From the NCBI GenBank assembly GCA_964057225.1, contig OZ059900.1, forward strand, positions 186,001-250,000: a stretch of 64,000 nucleotides of DNA, read 5' to 3'. The position numbers were made by a program, and so were the translations under genes. Shown here one piece after another: positions 27,811 to 43,090 of the stretch. How positions within the stretch are numbered: position 1 is the first letter of the stretch; each line of letters starts with the position of its first letter. The DNA is from Auanema rhodensis (lineage: Eukaryota; Animalia; Nematoda). The notes under the pieces were generated by a model that saw nothing but the letters and a program-made list of their open reading frames with translations, ran no database searches and was not told the DNA's origin.

Positions 27811-30800
27811 TAGTAATGCTATTTGAGCGAAATTCAGTATTTAAACATCACTAGCGTTTAATTGATGACTTTTGTTGTTATAGACAATAAAACTATGCTT
27901 TTGATCATATATATGAGCGATTTAGCCAAATTGGACTCAAAACTCGGAAATTTCAAAAATTCTTTCTTTTTTCGACCTTTTTTGATCAAAATGAATATAT
28001 ATCAGTGCAAGCTCATAAAAATAGACTGATTTTGTTTATTGTGTGTTTGATTCTCAAATCTTAACAAATATGATCAAAATTTACGAGTATTACAGATTTT
28101 GTACCAAAAATCGGTGAGTATATGGTGTTAAAGGCATAAAAACGACCATACTTAGTGTAGTAATGCTATTTGAGTGAAATTCAGTGATTTAATCATTACT
28201 AGTGTATATTTGAAGACTTTTGTTGTCATAGACAATAAAACTATGCTTCTGATCATATATATGAGCGATTTAGCCAAATTAGACTCAAAACTCGGAAATT
28301 TCAAAAGTTCTTTCTATTTTCGACCTTTTTTGATCAAAATGAATAAATATCAGTGCAAACTCATAAAAATAGACTTATTTTGTGTATTATGTGTTTGATT
28401 CTCGAATCTTAACGAATATGATCAAAATTTACAAGTATTACAGCTTTTGTACCAAAAATCGGTGAGTATATGGTGTTAAAGGCATAAAAACGACCATACT
28501 TAGTGTAGTAATGCTATTTGAGCGAAATTTAGTGATTTAAACATTATTAGTGTTTAATTAATGACTTTTGTTGTCATAGACAATAAAACTATGCTTCTGA
28601 TCATATATATGAGCGATTTAGCCAAATTAGACTCAAAACTCGTAAATTTCAAAAATTCTTTCTATTTTCGACCTTTTTTGATCAAAATGAATATATATCA
28701 GTGCAAGCTCATAAAAATAGACTGATTTCGTGTATTGTATGTTTGATTCTCAAATCTTAACGAATATGATCAAAATTTACGAGTATTACAGATTTTGTAC
28801 CAAAAATCGGTGAGTATATGGTGTTAAAGGCATAAAAACGACCATACTTAGTGTAGTAATGCTATTTGAGCGAAATTCAGTATTAAAACATCACTAGCGT
28901 TTAATTAATGACTTTTGTTGTTATAGACAATAAAACTATGCTTTTGATCATATATATGAGCGATTTAGCCAAATTGGACTCAAAACTCGGAAAATTCAAA
29001 AATTCTTTCTATTTTCGACCTTTTTTGATCAAAATGAATATATATCAGTGCAAACTCATAAAAATAAACTGATTTTGTTTATTGTGTGTTTGATTCTCAA
29101 ATCTTAACAAATATGATCAAAATTTACAAGTATTACAGATTTTGTACCAAAAATCGGTGAGTATATGGTGTTAAAGGCATAAAAACGACCATACTTAGTG
29201 TAGTAATGCTATTTGAGCGAAAATCAGTATTTAAACATCACTAGCGTTTAATTGATGATTTTTGTTGTCATAGACAATAAAACTATGCTTCTGATCATAT
29301 ATATGAGCGATTTAGCCAAATTAGACTCAAAACTCGGAAATTTCAAAAATTCTTTCTATTTTCGACCTTTTTTGATCAAAATGAATAAATATCAGTGCAA
29401 ACTCATAAAAATAGACTTATTTCGTGTATTATGTGTTTGATTCTCGAATCTTAACGAATATGATCAAAATTTACAAGTATTACAGATTTTGTACCAAAAA
29501 TCGGTGAGTATATGGTGTTAAAGGCATAAAAACGACCATACTTAGTGTAGTAATGCTATTTGAGCGAAATTTAGTGATTTAAACATTATTAGTGTTTAAT
29601 TAATGACTTTTGTTGTCATAGACAATAAAACTATGCTTCTGATCATATATATGAGCGATTTAGCCAAATTAGACTCAAAACTCGTAAATTTCAAAAATTC
29701 TTTCTATTTTCGACCTTTTTTGATCAAAATGAATATATATCAGTGCAAGCTCATAAAAATAGACTGATTTTGTGTGTTGTTTGTTTGATTCTCAAATCTT
29801 AACGAATATGATCAAAATTTACGAGTATTACAGATTTTGTACCAAAAATCGGTGAGTATATGGTGTTAAAGGCATAAAAACGACCATACTTAGTGTAGTA
29901 ATGCTATTTGAGCGAAATTCAGTATTAAAACATCACTAGCGTTTAATTGAAGACTTTTGTTGTTATAGACAATAGAACTATGCTTTTGATCATATATATG
30001 AGCGATTTAGCCAAATTGGACTCAAAACTCGGAAATTTCAAAAATTTTTTCTATTTTCGACCTTTTTTGATCAAAATGAATAAATATCAGTGCAAACTTG
30101 TAAAAATAGACTTATTTCGTGTATTATGTGTTTGATTCTCGAATCTTAACGAATATGATCGAAATTTACAAGTATTACAGATTTTGTACCAAAAATCGGT
30201 GAGTATATGGTGTTAAAGGCATAAAAACGACCATACTTAGTGTAGTAATGCTATTTGAGTGAAATTCAGTGATTTAATCATTACTAGTGTATATTTGAAG
30301 ACTTTTGTTATCATAGACAGTAAAACTATGCTTTTGATCATATATATGAGCGATTTAGCCCAATTGGACTCAAAACTCGGAAAATTCAAAAATTCTTTCT
30401 ATTTTCGACCTTTTTTGATCAAAATGAATAAATATCAGTGCAAACTCGTGAAAATAAACTCATTTCGTGTATTGTGTGTTTGATTCTCGAATCTTAACGA
30501 ATATGATCAAAATTTACGAGTATCACAGATTTTGTACCAAAAATCGGTGAGTATATGGTGTTGAAGGTATAAAAACGACCATACTTAGTGTAGTAATGCT
30601 ATTTGAGCGAAAATCAGTATTTAAACATCATAAGTGTTTAATTAATGACTTTTGTTGTCATAGACAATAAAACTATGCTTCTGATCATATATATGAGCGA
30701 TTTAGCCAAATTAGACTCAAAACTCGTAAATTTCAAAAATTCTTTCTATTTTCGACCTTTTTTGATCAAAATGAATAAATATCAGTGCAAACTTGTAAAA

Positions 30801-33800
30801 ATGAACTTAATTCGTGTATTGTGTGTTTGATTCTTGAATCTTAACGAATATGATCAAAATTTACGAGTATCACAGATTTTGTACCAAAAATCGGTGAGTA
30901 TATGGTGTTAAAGGCATAAAAACGACCATCCTTAGTGTAGTAATGCTATTTGAGCGAAATTCAGTATTAAAACATCACTAGCGTTTAATTGATGACTTTT
31001 GTTGTTATAGACAATAAAACTATGCTTTTGATCATATATATGAGCGATTTAGCCAAATTAGACTCAAAACTCGGAAATTTCAAAAATTCTTTCTATTTTC
31101 GATCTTTTTTGATCAAAATGAATAAATATCAGTGCAAACTTGTAAAAATAGACTTATTCCGTGTATTATGTGTTTGATTCTCGAATCTTAACAAATATGA
31201 TCAAAATTTACAAGTATTACAGATTTTGTACCAAAAATCGGTGAGTATATGGTGTTAAAGGCATAAAAACGACCATACTTAGTGTAGTAATGCTATTTGA
31301 GCGAAAATCAGTATTTAAACATCACTAGCGTTTAATTGATGATTTTTGTTGTCATAGACAATAAAACTATGCTTCTGATCATATATATGAGCGATTTAGC
31401 CAAATTAGACTCAAAACTCGGAAATTTCAAAAATTCTTTCTATTTTCGACCTTTTTTGATCAAAATGAATATATATCAGTGCAAGCTCATAAAAATAGAC
31501 TGATTTTGTGTATTGTATGTTTGATTCTCAAATCTTAACGAATATGATCAAAATTTACAAGTATTACAGATTTTGTACCAAAAATCGGTGAGTATATGGT
31601 GTTAAAGGCATAAAAACGACCATACTTAGTGTAGTAATGCTATTTGAGCGAAAATCAGTATTTAAACATCACTAGCGTTTAATTGATGATTTTTGTTGTC
31701 ATAGACAATAAAACTATGCTTCTGATCATATATATGAGCGATTTAGCCAAATTAGACTCAAAACTCGAAAATTTCAAAAATTCTTTCTATTTTCGACCTT
31801 TTTTGATCAAAATGAATAAATATCAGTGCAAACTCATAAAAATAGACTTATTTCGTGTATTATGTGTTTGATTCTCGAATCTTAACGAATATGATCAAAA
31901 TTTACAAGTATTACAGATTTTGTACCAAAAATCGGTGAGTATATGGTGTTAAAGGCATAAAAACGACCATACTTAGTGTAGTAATGCTATTTGAGCGAAA
32001 ATCAGTATTTAAACATCACTAGCGTTTAATTGATGATTTTTGTTGTCATAGACAATAAAACTATGCTTCTGATCATATATATGAGCGATTTAGCCAAATT
32101 GGACTCAAAACTCGGAAATTTCAAAAATTCTTTCTATTTTCGACCTTTTTTGATCAAAATGAATAAATATCAGTGCAAACTTGTAAAAATAGACTTATTT
32201 CGTGTATTATGTGTTTGATTCTCGAATCTTAACGAATATGATCGAAATTTACAAGTATTACAGATTTTGTACCAAAAATCGGTGAGTATATGGTGTTAAA
32301 GGCATAAAAACGACCATACTTAGTGTAGTAATGCTATTTGAGCGAAAATCAGTATTTAAACATCACTAGCGTTTAATTGATGATTTTTGTTGTCATAGAC
32401 AATAAAACTATGCTTCTGATCATATATATGAGCGATTTAGCCAAATTAGACTCAAAACTCGGAAATTTCAAAAATTCTTTCTATTTTCGACCTTTTTTGA
32501 TCAAAATGAATAAATATCAGTGCAAACTCATAAAAATAGACTTATTTCGTGTATTATGTGTTTGATTCTCGAATCTTAACGAATATGATCAAAATTTACA
32601 AGTATTACAGATTTTGTACCAAAAATCGGTGAGTATATGGTGTTAAAGGCATAAAAACGACCATACTTAGTGTAGTAATGCTATTTGAGCGAAATTTAGT
32701 GATTTAAACATTATTAGTGTTTAATTAATGACTTTTGTTGTTATAGACAATAAAACTATGCTTCTGATCATATATATGAGCGATTTAGCCAAATTAGACT
32801 CAAAACTCGTAAATTTCAAAAATTCTTTCTATTTTCGACCTTTTTTGATCAAAATGAATATATATCAGTGCAAGCTCATAAAAATAGACTGATTTTGTGT
32901 ATTGTATGTTTGATTCTCAAATCTTAACGAATATGATCAAAATTTACGAGTATCACAGATTTTGTACCAAAAATCGGTGAGTATATGGTGTTAAAGGCAT
33001 AAAAACGACCATCCTTAGTGTAGTAATGCTATTTGAGCGAAATTCAGTATTTAAACATCACTAGCGTTTAATTGATGATTTTTGTTGTCATAGACAATAA
33101 AACTATGCTTCTGATCATATATATGAGCGATTTAGCCAAATTAGACTCAAAACTCGGAAATTTCAAAAATTCTTTCTATTTTCGACCTTTTTTGATCAAA
33201 ATGAATAAATATCAGTGCAAACTCATAAAAATAGACTTATTTCGTGTATTATGTGTTTGATTCTCGAATCTTAACGAATATGATCAAAATTTACAAGTAT
33301 TACAGATTTTGTACCAAAAATCGGTGAGTATATGGTGTTAAAGGCATAAAAACGACCATACTTAGTGTAGTAATGCTATTTGAGCGAAAATCAGTATTTA
33401 AACATCACTAGCGTTTAATTGATGATTTTTGTTGTCATAGACAATAAAACTATGCTTCTGATCATATATATGAGCGATTTAGCCAAATTAGACTCAAAAC
33501 TCGGAAATTTCAAAAATTCTTTCTATTTTCGACCTTTTTTGATCAAAATGAATAAATATCAGTGCAAACTCATAAAAATAGACTTATTTCGTGTATTATG
33601 TGTTTGATTCTCGAATCTTAACGAATATGATCAAAATTTACAAGTATTACAGATTTTGTACCAAAAATCGGTGAGTATATGGTGTTAAAGGCATAAAAAC
33701 GACCATACTTAGTGTAGTAATGCTATTTGAGCGAAATTTAGTGATTTAAACATTATTAGTGTTTAATTAATGACTTTTGTTGTCATAGACAATAAAACTA

Positions 33801-36800
33801 TGCTTCTGATCATATATATGAGCGATTTAGCCAAATTAGACTCAAAACTCGGAAATTTCAAAAATTCTTTCTATTTTCGACCTTTTTTGATCAAAATGAA
33901 TATATATCAGTGCAAGCTCATAAAAATAGACTGATTTTGTGTATTGTATGTTTGATTCTCAAATCTTAACGAATATGATCAAAATTTACAAGTATTACAG
34001 ATTTTGTACCAAAAATCGGTGAGTATATGGTGTTAAAGGCATAAAAACGACCATACTTAGTGTAGTAATGCTATTTGAGCGAAAATCAGTATTTAAACAT
34101 CACTAGCGTTTAATTGATGATTTTTGTTGTCATAGACAATAAAACTATGCTTCTGATCATATATATGAGCGATTTAGCCAAATTAGACTCAAAACTCGGA
34201 AATTTCAAAAATTCTTTCTATTTTCGACCTTTTTTGATCAAAATGAATAAATATCAGTGCAAACTCATAAAAATAGACTTATTTCGTGTATTATGTGTTT
34301 GATTCTCGAATCTTAACGAATATGATCAAAATTTACAAGTATTACAGATTTTGTACCAAAAATCGGTGAGTATATGGTGTTAAAGGCATAAAAACGACCA
34401 TACTTAGTGTAGTTATGCTATTTGAGCGAAATTCAGTATTTAAACATCACTAGCGTTTAATTGATGACTTTTGTTGTTATAGACAATAAAACTATGCTTT
34501 TGATCATATATATGAGCGATTTAGCCAAATTAGACTCAAAACTCGGACATTTCCAAAATTCTTTCTATTTTCGACCTTTTTTGATCAAAAAGATCATATA
34601 TCAGTGCAAGCTCATAAAAATAGACTGATTTTGTGTCTTGTGTGTTTGATTCTCAAATCTTAACAAATATGATCAAACTTTACAAGTATTACAGATTTTG
34701 TACCAAAAATCGGTGAGTATATGGTGTTAAAGGCATAAAAACGACCATACTTAGTGTAGTTATGCTATTTGAGCGAAATTCGGTATTTAAACATCACTAG
34801 CGTTTAATTGATGACTTTTGTTGTTATAGACAATAAAACTATGCTTTTGATCATATATATGAGCGATTTAGCCAAATTGGACTCAAAACTCGGACATTCC
34901 CAAAATTCTTTCTATTTTCGACCTTTTTTGATCAAAATGAATATATATCAGTGCAAACTCATAAAAATAGACTGATTTTGTGTATTGTGTGTTTGATTCT
35001 CAAATCTTAACGAATATGATCAAAATTTACGAGTATTACAGATTTTGTACCAAAAATCGGTGAGTATATGGTGTTAAAGGCATAAAAACGACCATACTTA
35101 GTGTAGTAATGCTATTTGAGCGAAATTTAGTGATTTAAACATCATTAGTGTTTAATTAATGACTTTTGTTGTTATAGACAATAAAACTATGCTTTTGATC
35201 ATATATATGAGCGATTTAGCCAAATTGGACTCAAAACTCGGAAAATTCAAAAATTCTTTCTATTTTCGACCTTTTTTGATCAAAATGAATATATATCAGT
35301 GCAAACTCATAAAAATAAACTGATTTTGTTTATTGTGTGTTTGATTTTCAAATCTTAACGAATATGATCAAAATTTACGAGTATTACAGATTTTGTACCA
35401 AAAATCGGTGAGTATATGGTGTTAAAGGCATAAAAACGACCATACTTAGTGTAGTAATGCTATTTGAGCGAAATTTAGTGATTTAAACATCATTAGTGTT
35501 TAATTAATGACTTTTGTTGTTATAGACAATAAAACTATGCTTTTGATCATATATATGAGCGATTTAGCCAAATTGGACTCAAAACTCGGAAAATTCAAAA
35601 ATTCTTTCTATTTTCGACCTTTTTTGATCAAAATGAATATATATCAGTGCAAACTCATAAAAATAAACTGATTTTGTTTATTGTGTGTTTGATTTTCAAA
35701 TCTTAACGAATATGATCAAAATTTACGAGTATTACAGATTTTGTACCAAAAATCGGTGAGTATATGGTGTTAAAGGCATAAAAACGACCATACTTAGTGT
35801 AGTAATGCTATTTGAGCGAAATTCAGTATTTAAACATCACTAGCGTTTAATTGATGACTTTTGTTGTTATAGACAATAAAACTATGCTTTTGATCATATA
35901 TATGAGCGATTTAGCCAAATTGGACTCAAAACTGGGACATTTCAAAAATTCTTTCTATTTTCGACCTTTTTTGATCAAAGTGAATATATATCAGTGCAAA
36001 CTCATAAAAATAGACTGATTTTGTGTATTGTATGTTTGATTCTCAAATCTTAACAAATATGATCAAAATTTACAAGTATTACAGATTTTGTACCAAAAAT
36101 CGGTGAGTATATGGTGTTAAAGGCATAAAAACGACCATACTTAGTGTAGTAATGCTATTTGAGCGAAATTCAGTATTTAAACATCACTAGCGTTTAATTG
36201 ATGACTTATGTTGTTATAGACAATAAAACTATGCTTTTGATCATATATATGAGCGATTTAGCCAAATTGGACTCAAAACTCGGAAATTTCAAAAATTCTT
36301 TCTTTTTTCGACCTTTTTTGATCAAAATGAATATATATCAGTGCAAGCTCATAAAAATAGACTGATTTTGTTTATTGTGTGTTTGATTCTCAAATCTTAA
36401 CAAATATGATCAAAATTTACGAGTATTACAGATTTTGTACCAAAAATCGGTGAGTATATGGTGTTAAAGGCATAAAAACGACCATACTTAGTGTAGTAAT
36501 GCTATTTGAGTGAAATTCAGTGATTTAATCATTACTAGTGTATATTTGAAGACTTTTGTTGTCATAGACAATAAAACTATGCTTCTGATCATATATATGA
36601 GCGATTTAGCCAAATTAGACTCAAAACTCGGAAATTTCAAAAGTTCTTTCTATTTTCGACCTTTTTTGATCAAAATGAATAAATATCAGTGCAAACTCAT
36701 AAAAATAGACTTATTTTGTGTATTATGTGTTTGATTCTCGAATCTTAACGAATATGATCAAAATTTACAAGTATTACAGCTTTTGTACCAAAAATCGGTG

Positions 36801-39800
36801 AGTATATGGTGTTAAAGGCATAAAAACGACCATACTTAGTGTAGTAATGCTATTTGAGCGAAATTTAGTGATTTAAACATTATTAGTGTTTAATTAATGA
36901 CTTTTGTTGTCATAGACAATAAAACTATGCTTCTGATCATATATATGAGCGATTTAGCCAAATTAGACTCAAAACTCGTAAATTTCAAAAATTCTTTCTA
37001 TTTTCGACCTTTTTTGATCAAAATGAATATATATCAGTGCAAGCTCATAAAAATAGACTGATTTCGTGTATTGTATGTTTGATTCTCAAATCTTAACGAA
37101 TATGATCAAAATTTACGAGTATTACAGATTTTGTACCAAAAATCGGTGAGTATATGGTGTTAAAGGCATAAAAACGACCATACTTAGTGTAGTAATGCTA
37201 TTTGAGCGAAATTCAGTATTAAAACATCACTAGCGTTTAATTAATGACTTTTGTTGTTATAGACAATAAAACTATGCTTTTGATCATATATATGAGCGAT
37301 TTAGCCAAATTGGACTCAAAACTCGGAAAATTCAAAAATTCTTTCTATTTTCGACCTTTTTTGATCAAAATGAATATATATCAGTGCAAACTCATAAAAA
37401 TAAACTGATTTTGTTTATTGTGTGTTTGATTCTCAAATCTTAACAAATATGATCAAAATTTACAAGTATTACAGATTTTGTACCAAAAATCGGTGAGTAT
37501 ATGGTGTTAAAGGCATAAAAACGACCATACTTAGTGTAGTAATGCTATTTGAGCGAAAATCAGTATTTAAACATCACTAGCGTTTAATTGATGATTTTTG
37601 TTGTCATAGACAATAAAACTATGCTTCTGATCATATATATGAGCGATTTAGCCAAATTAGACTCAAAACTCGGAAATTTCAAAAATTCTTTCTATTTTCG
37701 ACCTTTTTTGATCAAAATGAATAAATATCAGTGCAAACTCATAAAAATAGACTTATTTCGTGTATTATGTGTTTGATTCTCGAATCTTAACGAATATGAT
37801 CAAAATTTACAAGTATTACAGATTTTGTACCAAAAATCGGTGAGTATATGGTGTTAAAGGCATAAAAACGACCATACTTAGTGTAGTAATGCTATTTGAG
37901 CGAAATTTAGTGATTTAAACATTATTAGTGTTTAATTAATGACTTTTGTTGTCATAGACAATAAAACTATGCTTCTGATCATATATATGAGCGATTTAGC
38001 CAAATTAGACTCAAAACTCGTAAATTTCAAAAATTCTTTCTATTTTCGACCTTTTTTGATCAAAATGAATATATATCAGTGCAAGCTCATAAAAATAGAC
38101 TGATTTTGTGTATTGTTTGTTTGATTCTCAAATCTTAACGAATATGATCAAAATTTACGAGTATTACAGATTTTGTACCAAAAATCGGTGAGTATATGGT
38201 GTTAAAGGCATAAAAACGACCATACTTAGTGTAGTAATGCTATTTGAGCGAAATTCAGTATTAAAACATCACTAGCGTTTAATTGAAGACTTTTGTTGTT
38301 ATAGACAATAGAACTATGCTTTTGATCATATATATGAGCGATTTAGCCAAATTGGACTCAAAACTCGGAAATTTCAAAAATTCTTTCTATTTTCGACCTT
38401 TTTTGATCAAAATGAATAAATATCAGTGCAAACTTGTAAAAATAGACTTATTTCGTGTATTATGTGTTTGATTCTCGAATCTTAACGAATATGATCGAAA
38501 TTTACAAGTATTACAGATTTTGTACCAAAAATCGGTGAGTATATGGTGTTAAAGGCATAAAAACGACCATACTTAGTGTAGTAATGCTATTTGAGTGAAA
38601 TTCAGTGATTTAATCATTACTAGTGTATATTTGAAGACTTTTGTTATCATAGACAGTAAAACTATGCTTTTGATCATATATATGAGCGATTTAGCCCAAT
38701 TGGACTCAAAACTCGGAAAATTCAAAAATTCTTTCTATTTTCGACCTTTTTTGATCAAAATGAATAAATATCAGTGCAAACTCGTGAAAATAAACTCATT
38801 TCGTGTATTGTGTGTTTGATTCTCGAATCTTAACGAATATGATCAAAATTTACGAGTATCACAGATTTTGTACCAAAAATCGGTGAGTATATGGTGTTGA
38901 AGGTATAAAAACGACCATACTTAGTGTAGTAATGCTATTTGAGCGAAAATCAGTATTTAAACATCATAAGTGTTTAATTAATGACTTTTGTTGTCATAGA
39001 CAATAAAACTATGCTTCTGATCATATATATGAGCGATTTAGCCAAATTAGACTCAAAACTCGTAAATTTCAAAAATTCTTTCTATTTTCGACCTTTTTTG
39101 ATCAAAATGAATAAATATCAGTGCAAACTTGTAAAAATGAACTTAATTCGTGTATTGTGTGTTTGATTCTTGAATCTTAACGAATATGATCAAAATTTAC
39201 GAGTATCACAGATTTTGTACCAAAAATCGGTGAGTATATGGTGTTAAAGGCATAAAAACGACCATCCTTAGTGTAGTAATGCTATTTGAGCGAAATTCAG
39301 TATTAAAACATCACTAGCGTTTAATTGATGACTTTTGTTGTTATAGACAATAAAACTATGCTTTTGATCATATATATGAGCGATTTAGCCAAATTAGACT
39401 CAAAACTCGGAAATTTCAAAAATTCTTTCTATTTTCGATCTTTTTTGATCAAAATGAATAAATATCAGTGCAAACTTGTAAAAATAGACTTATTCCGTGT
39501 ATTATGTGTTTGATTCTCGAATCTTAACGAATATGATCAAAATTTACAAGTATTACAGATTTTGTACCAAAAATCGGTGAGTATATGGTGTTAAAGGCAT
39601 AAAAACGACCATACTTAGTGTAGTAATGCTATTTGAGCGAAAATCAGTATTTAAACATCACTAGCGTTTAATTGATGATTTTTGTTGTCATAGACAATAA
39701 AACTATGCTTCTGATCATATATATGAGCGATTTAGCCAAATTAGACTCAAAACTCGGAAATTTCAAAAATTCTTTCTATTTTCGACCTTTTTTGATCAAA

Positions 39801-42800
39801 ATGAATATATATCAGTGCAAGCTCATAAAAATAGACTGATTTTGTGTATTGTATGTTTGATTCTCAAATCTTAACGAATATGATCAAAATTTACAAGTAT
39901 TACAGATTTTGTACCAAAAATCGGTGAGTATATGGTGTTAAAGGCATAAAAACGACCATACTTAGTGTAGTAATGCTATTTGAGCGAAAATCAGTATTTA
40001 AACATCACTAGCGTTTAATTGATGATTTTTGTTGTCATAGACAATAAAACTATGCTTCTGATCATATATATGAGCGATTTAGCCAAATTAGACTCAAAAC
40101 TCGAAAATTTCAAAAATTCTTTCTATTTTCGACCTTTTTTGATCAAAATGAATAAATATCAGTGCAAACTCATAAAAATAGACTTATTTCGTGTATTATG
40201 TGTTTGATTCTCGAATCTTAACGAATATGATCAAAATTTACAAGTATTACAGATTTTGTACCAAAAATCGGTGAGTATATGGTGTTAAAGGCATAAAAAC
40301 GACCATACTTAGTGTAGTAATGCTATTTGAGCGAAAATCAGTATTTAAACATCACTAGCGTTTAATTGATGATTTTTGTTGTCATAGACAATAAAACTAT
40401 GCTTCTGATCATATATATGAGCGATTTAGCCAAATTGGACTCAAAACTCGGAAATTTCAAAAATTCTTTCTATTTTCGACCTTTTTTGATCAAAATGAAT
40501 AAATATCAGTGCAAACTTGTAAAAATAGACTTATTTCGTGTATTATGTGTTTGATTCTCGAATCTTAACGAATATGATCGAAATTTACAAGTATTACAGA
40601 TTTTGTACCAAAAATCGGTGAGTATATGGTGTTAAAGGCATAAAAACGACCATACTTAGTGTAGTAATGCTATTTGAGCGAAAATCAGTATTTAAACATC
40701 ACTAGCGTTTAATTGATGATTTTTGTTGTCATAGACAATAAAACTATGCTTCTGATCATATATATGAGCGATTTAGCCAAATTAGACTCAAAACTCGGAA
40801 ATTTCAAAAATTCTTTCTATTTTCGACCTTTTTTGATCAAAATGAATAAATATCAGTGCAAACTCATAAAAATAGACTTATTTCGTGTATTATGTGTTTG
40901 ATTCTCGAATCTTAACGAATATGATCAAAATTTACAAGTATTACAGATTTTGTACCAAAAATCGGTGAGTATATGGTGTTAAAGGCATAAAAACGACCAT
41001 ACTTAGTGTAGTAATGCTATTTGAGCGAAATTTAGTGATTTAAACATTATTAGTGTTTAATTAATGACTTTTGTTGTTATAGACAATAAAACTATGCTTC
41101 TGATCATATATATGAGCGATTTAGCCAAATTAGACTCAAAACTCGTAAATTTCAAAAATTCTTTCTATTTTCGACCTTTTTTGATCAAAATGAATATATA
41201 TCAGTGCAAGCTCATAAAAATAGACTGATTTTGTGTATTGTATGTTTGATTCTCAAATCTTAACGAATATGATCAAAATTTACGAGTATCACAGATTTTG
41301 TACCAAAAATCGGTGAGTATATGGTGTTAAAGGCATAAAAACGACCATCCTTAGTGTAGTAATGCTATTTGAGCGAAATTCAGTATTTAAACATCACTAG
41401 CGTTTAATTGATGATTTTTGTTGTCATAGACAATAAAACTATGCTTCTGATCATATATATGAGCGATTTAGCCAAATTAGACTCAAAACTCGGAAATTTC
41501 AAAAATTCTTTCTATTTTCGACCTTTTTTGATCAAAATGAATAAATATCAGTGCAAACTCATAAAAATAGACTTATTTCGTGTATTATGTGTTTGATTCT
41601 CGAATCTTAACGAATATGATCAAAATTTACAAGTATTACAGATTTTGTACCAAAAATCGGTGAGTATATGGTGTTAAAGGCATAAAAACGACCATACTTA
41701 GTGTAGTAATGCTATTTGAGCGAAATTTAGTGATTTAAACATTATTAGTGTTTAATTAATGACTTTTGTTGTCATAGACAATAAAACTATGCTTCTGATC
41801 ATATATATGAGCGATTTAGCCAAATTAGACTCAAAACTCGTAAATTTCAAAAATTCTTTCTATTTTCGACCTTTTTTGATCAAAATGAATATATATCAGT
41901 GCAAGCTCATAAAAATAGACTGATTTTGTGTATTGTATGTTTGATTCTCAAATCTTAACGAATATGATCAAAATTTACAAGTATTACAGATTTTGTACCA
42001 AAAATCGGTGAGTATATGGTGTTAAAGGCATAAAAACGACCATACTTAGTGTAGTAATGCTATTTGAGCGAAAATCAGTATTTAAACATCACTAGCGTTT
42101 AATTGATGATTTTTGTTGTCATAGACAATAAAACTATGCTTCTGATCATATATATGAGCGATTTAGCCAAATTAGACTCAAAACTCGGAAATTTCAAAAA
42201 TTCTTTCTATTTTCGACCTTTTTTGATCAAAATGAATAAATATCAGTGCAAACTCATAAAAATAGACTTATTTCGTGTATTATGTGTTTGATTCTCGAAT
42301 CTTAACGAATATGATCAAAATTTACAAGTATTACAGATTTTGTACCAAAAATCGGTGAGTATATGGTGTTAAAGGCATAAAAACGACCATACTTAGTGTA
42401 GTAATGCTATTTGAGCGAAATTTAGTGATTTAAACATTATTAGTGTTTAATTAATGACTTTTGTTGTCATAGACAATAAAACTATGCTTCTGATCATATA
42501 TATGAGCGATTTAGCCAAATTAGACTCAAAACTCGGAAATTTCAAAAATTCTTTCTATTTTCGACCTTTTTTGATCAAAATGAATATATATCAGTGCAAG
42601 CTCATAAAAATAGACTGATTTTGTGTATTGTATGTTTGATTCTCAAATCTTAACGAATATGATCAAAATTTACAAGTATTACAGATTTTGTACCAAAAAT
42701 CGGTGAGTATATGGTGTTAAAGGCATAAAAACGACCATACTTAGTGTAGTAATGCTATTTGAGCGAAAATCAGTATTTAAACATCACTAGCGTTTAATTG

Positions 42801-43090
42801 ATGATTTTTGTTGTCATAGACAATAAAACTATGCTTCTGATCATATATATGAGCGATTTAGCCAAATTAGACTCAAAACTCGGAAATTTCAAAAATTCTT
42901 TCTATTTTCGACCTTTTTTGATCAAAATGAATAAATATCAGTGCAAACTCATAAAAATAGACTTATTTCGTGTATTATGTGTTTGATTCTCGAATCTTAA
43001 CGAATATGATCAAAATTTACAAGTATTACAGATTTTGTACCAAAAATCGGTGAGTATATGGTGTTAAAGGCATAAAAACGACCATACTTA
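26050..43090 (+). repeat. Tandem 24-mer duplication (8335-8336 bp); second copy is a 25-mer
   Basis: ORF-track pairs 28174/36510, 29252/37588, 30259/38595, 31683/40019 and 33072/41408 all differ by 8336. Pairs 33419/42103 and 34114/42798 differ by 8684 (one additional 348-bp monomer near 41720). Confidence 0.92.
30250..30600 (+). repeat. Most divergent landmark monomer (also near 38595, 46585, 49711, 56999, 60125; 5'-only chimeras near 28174 and 36510)
   Basis: Carries GAGTGAAATTCAGTGATTTAATCATTACTAGTGTATATTTGAAGAC, GTTATCATAGACAGT, CTCGTGAAAATAAACTCATTTCG and TTGAAGGTAT, which other monomers lack. Confidence 0.9.
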
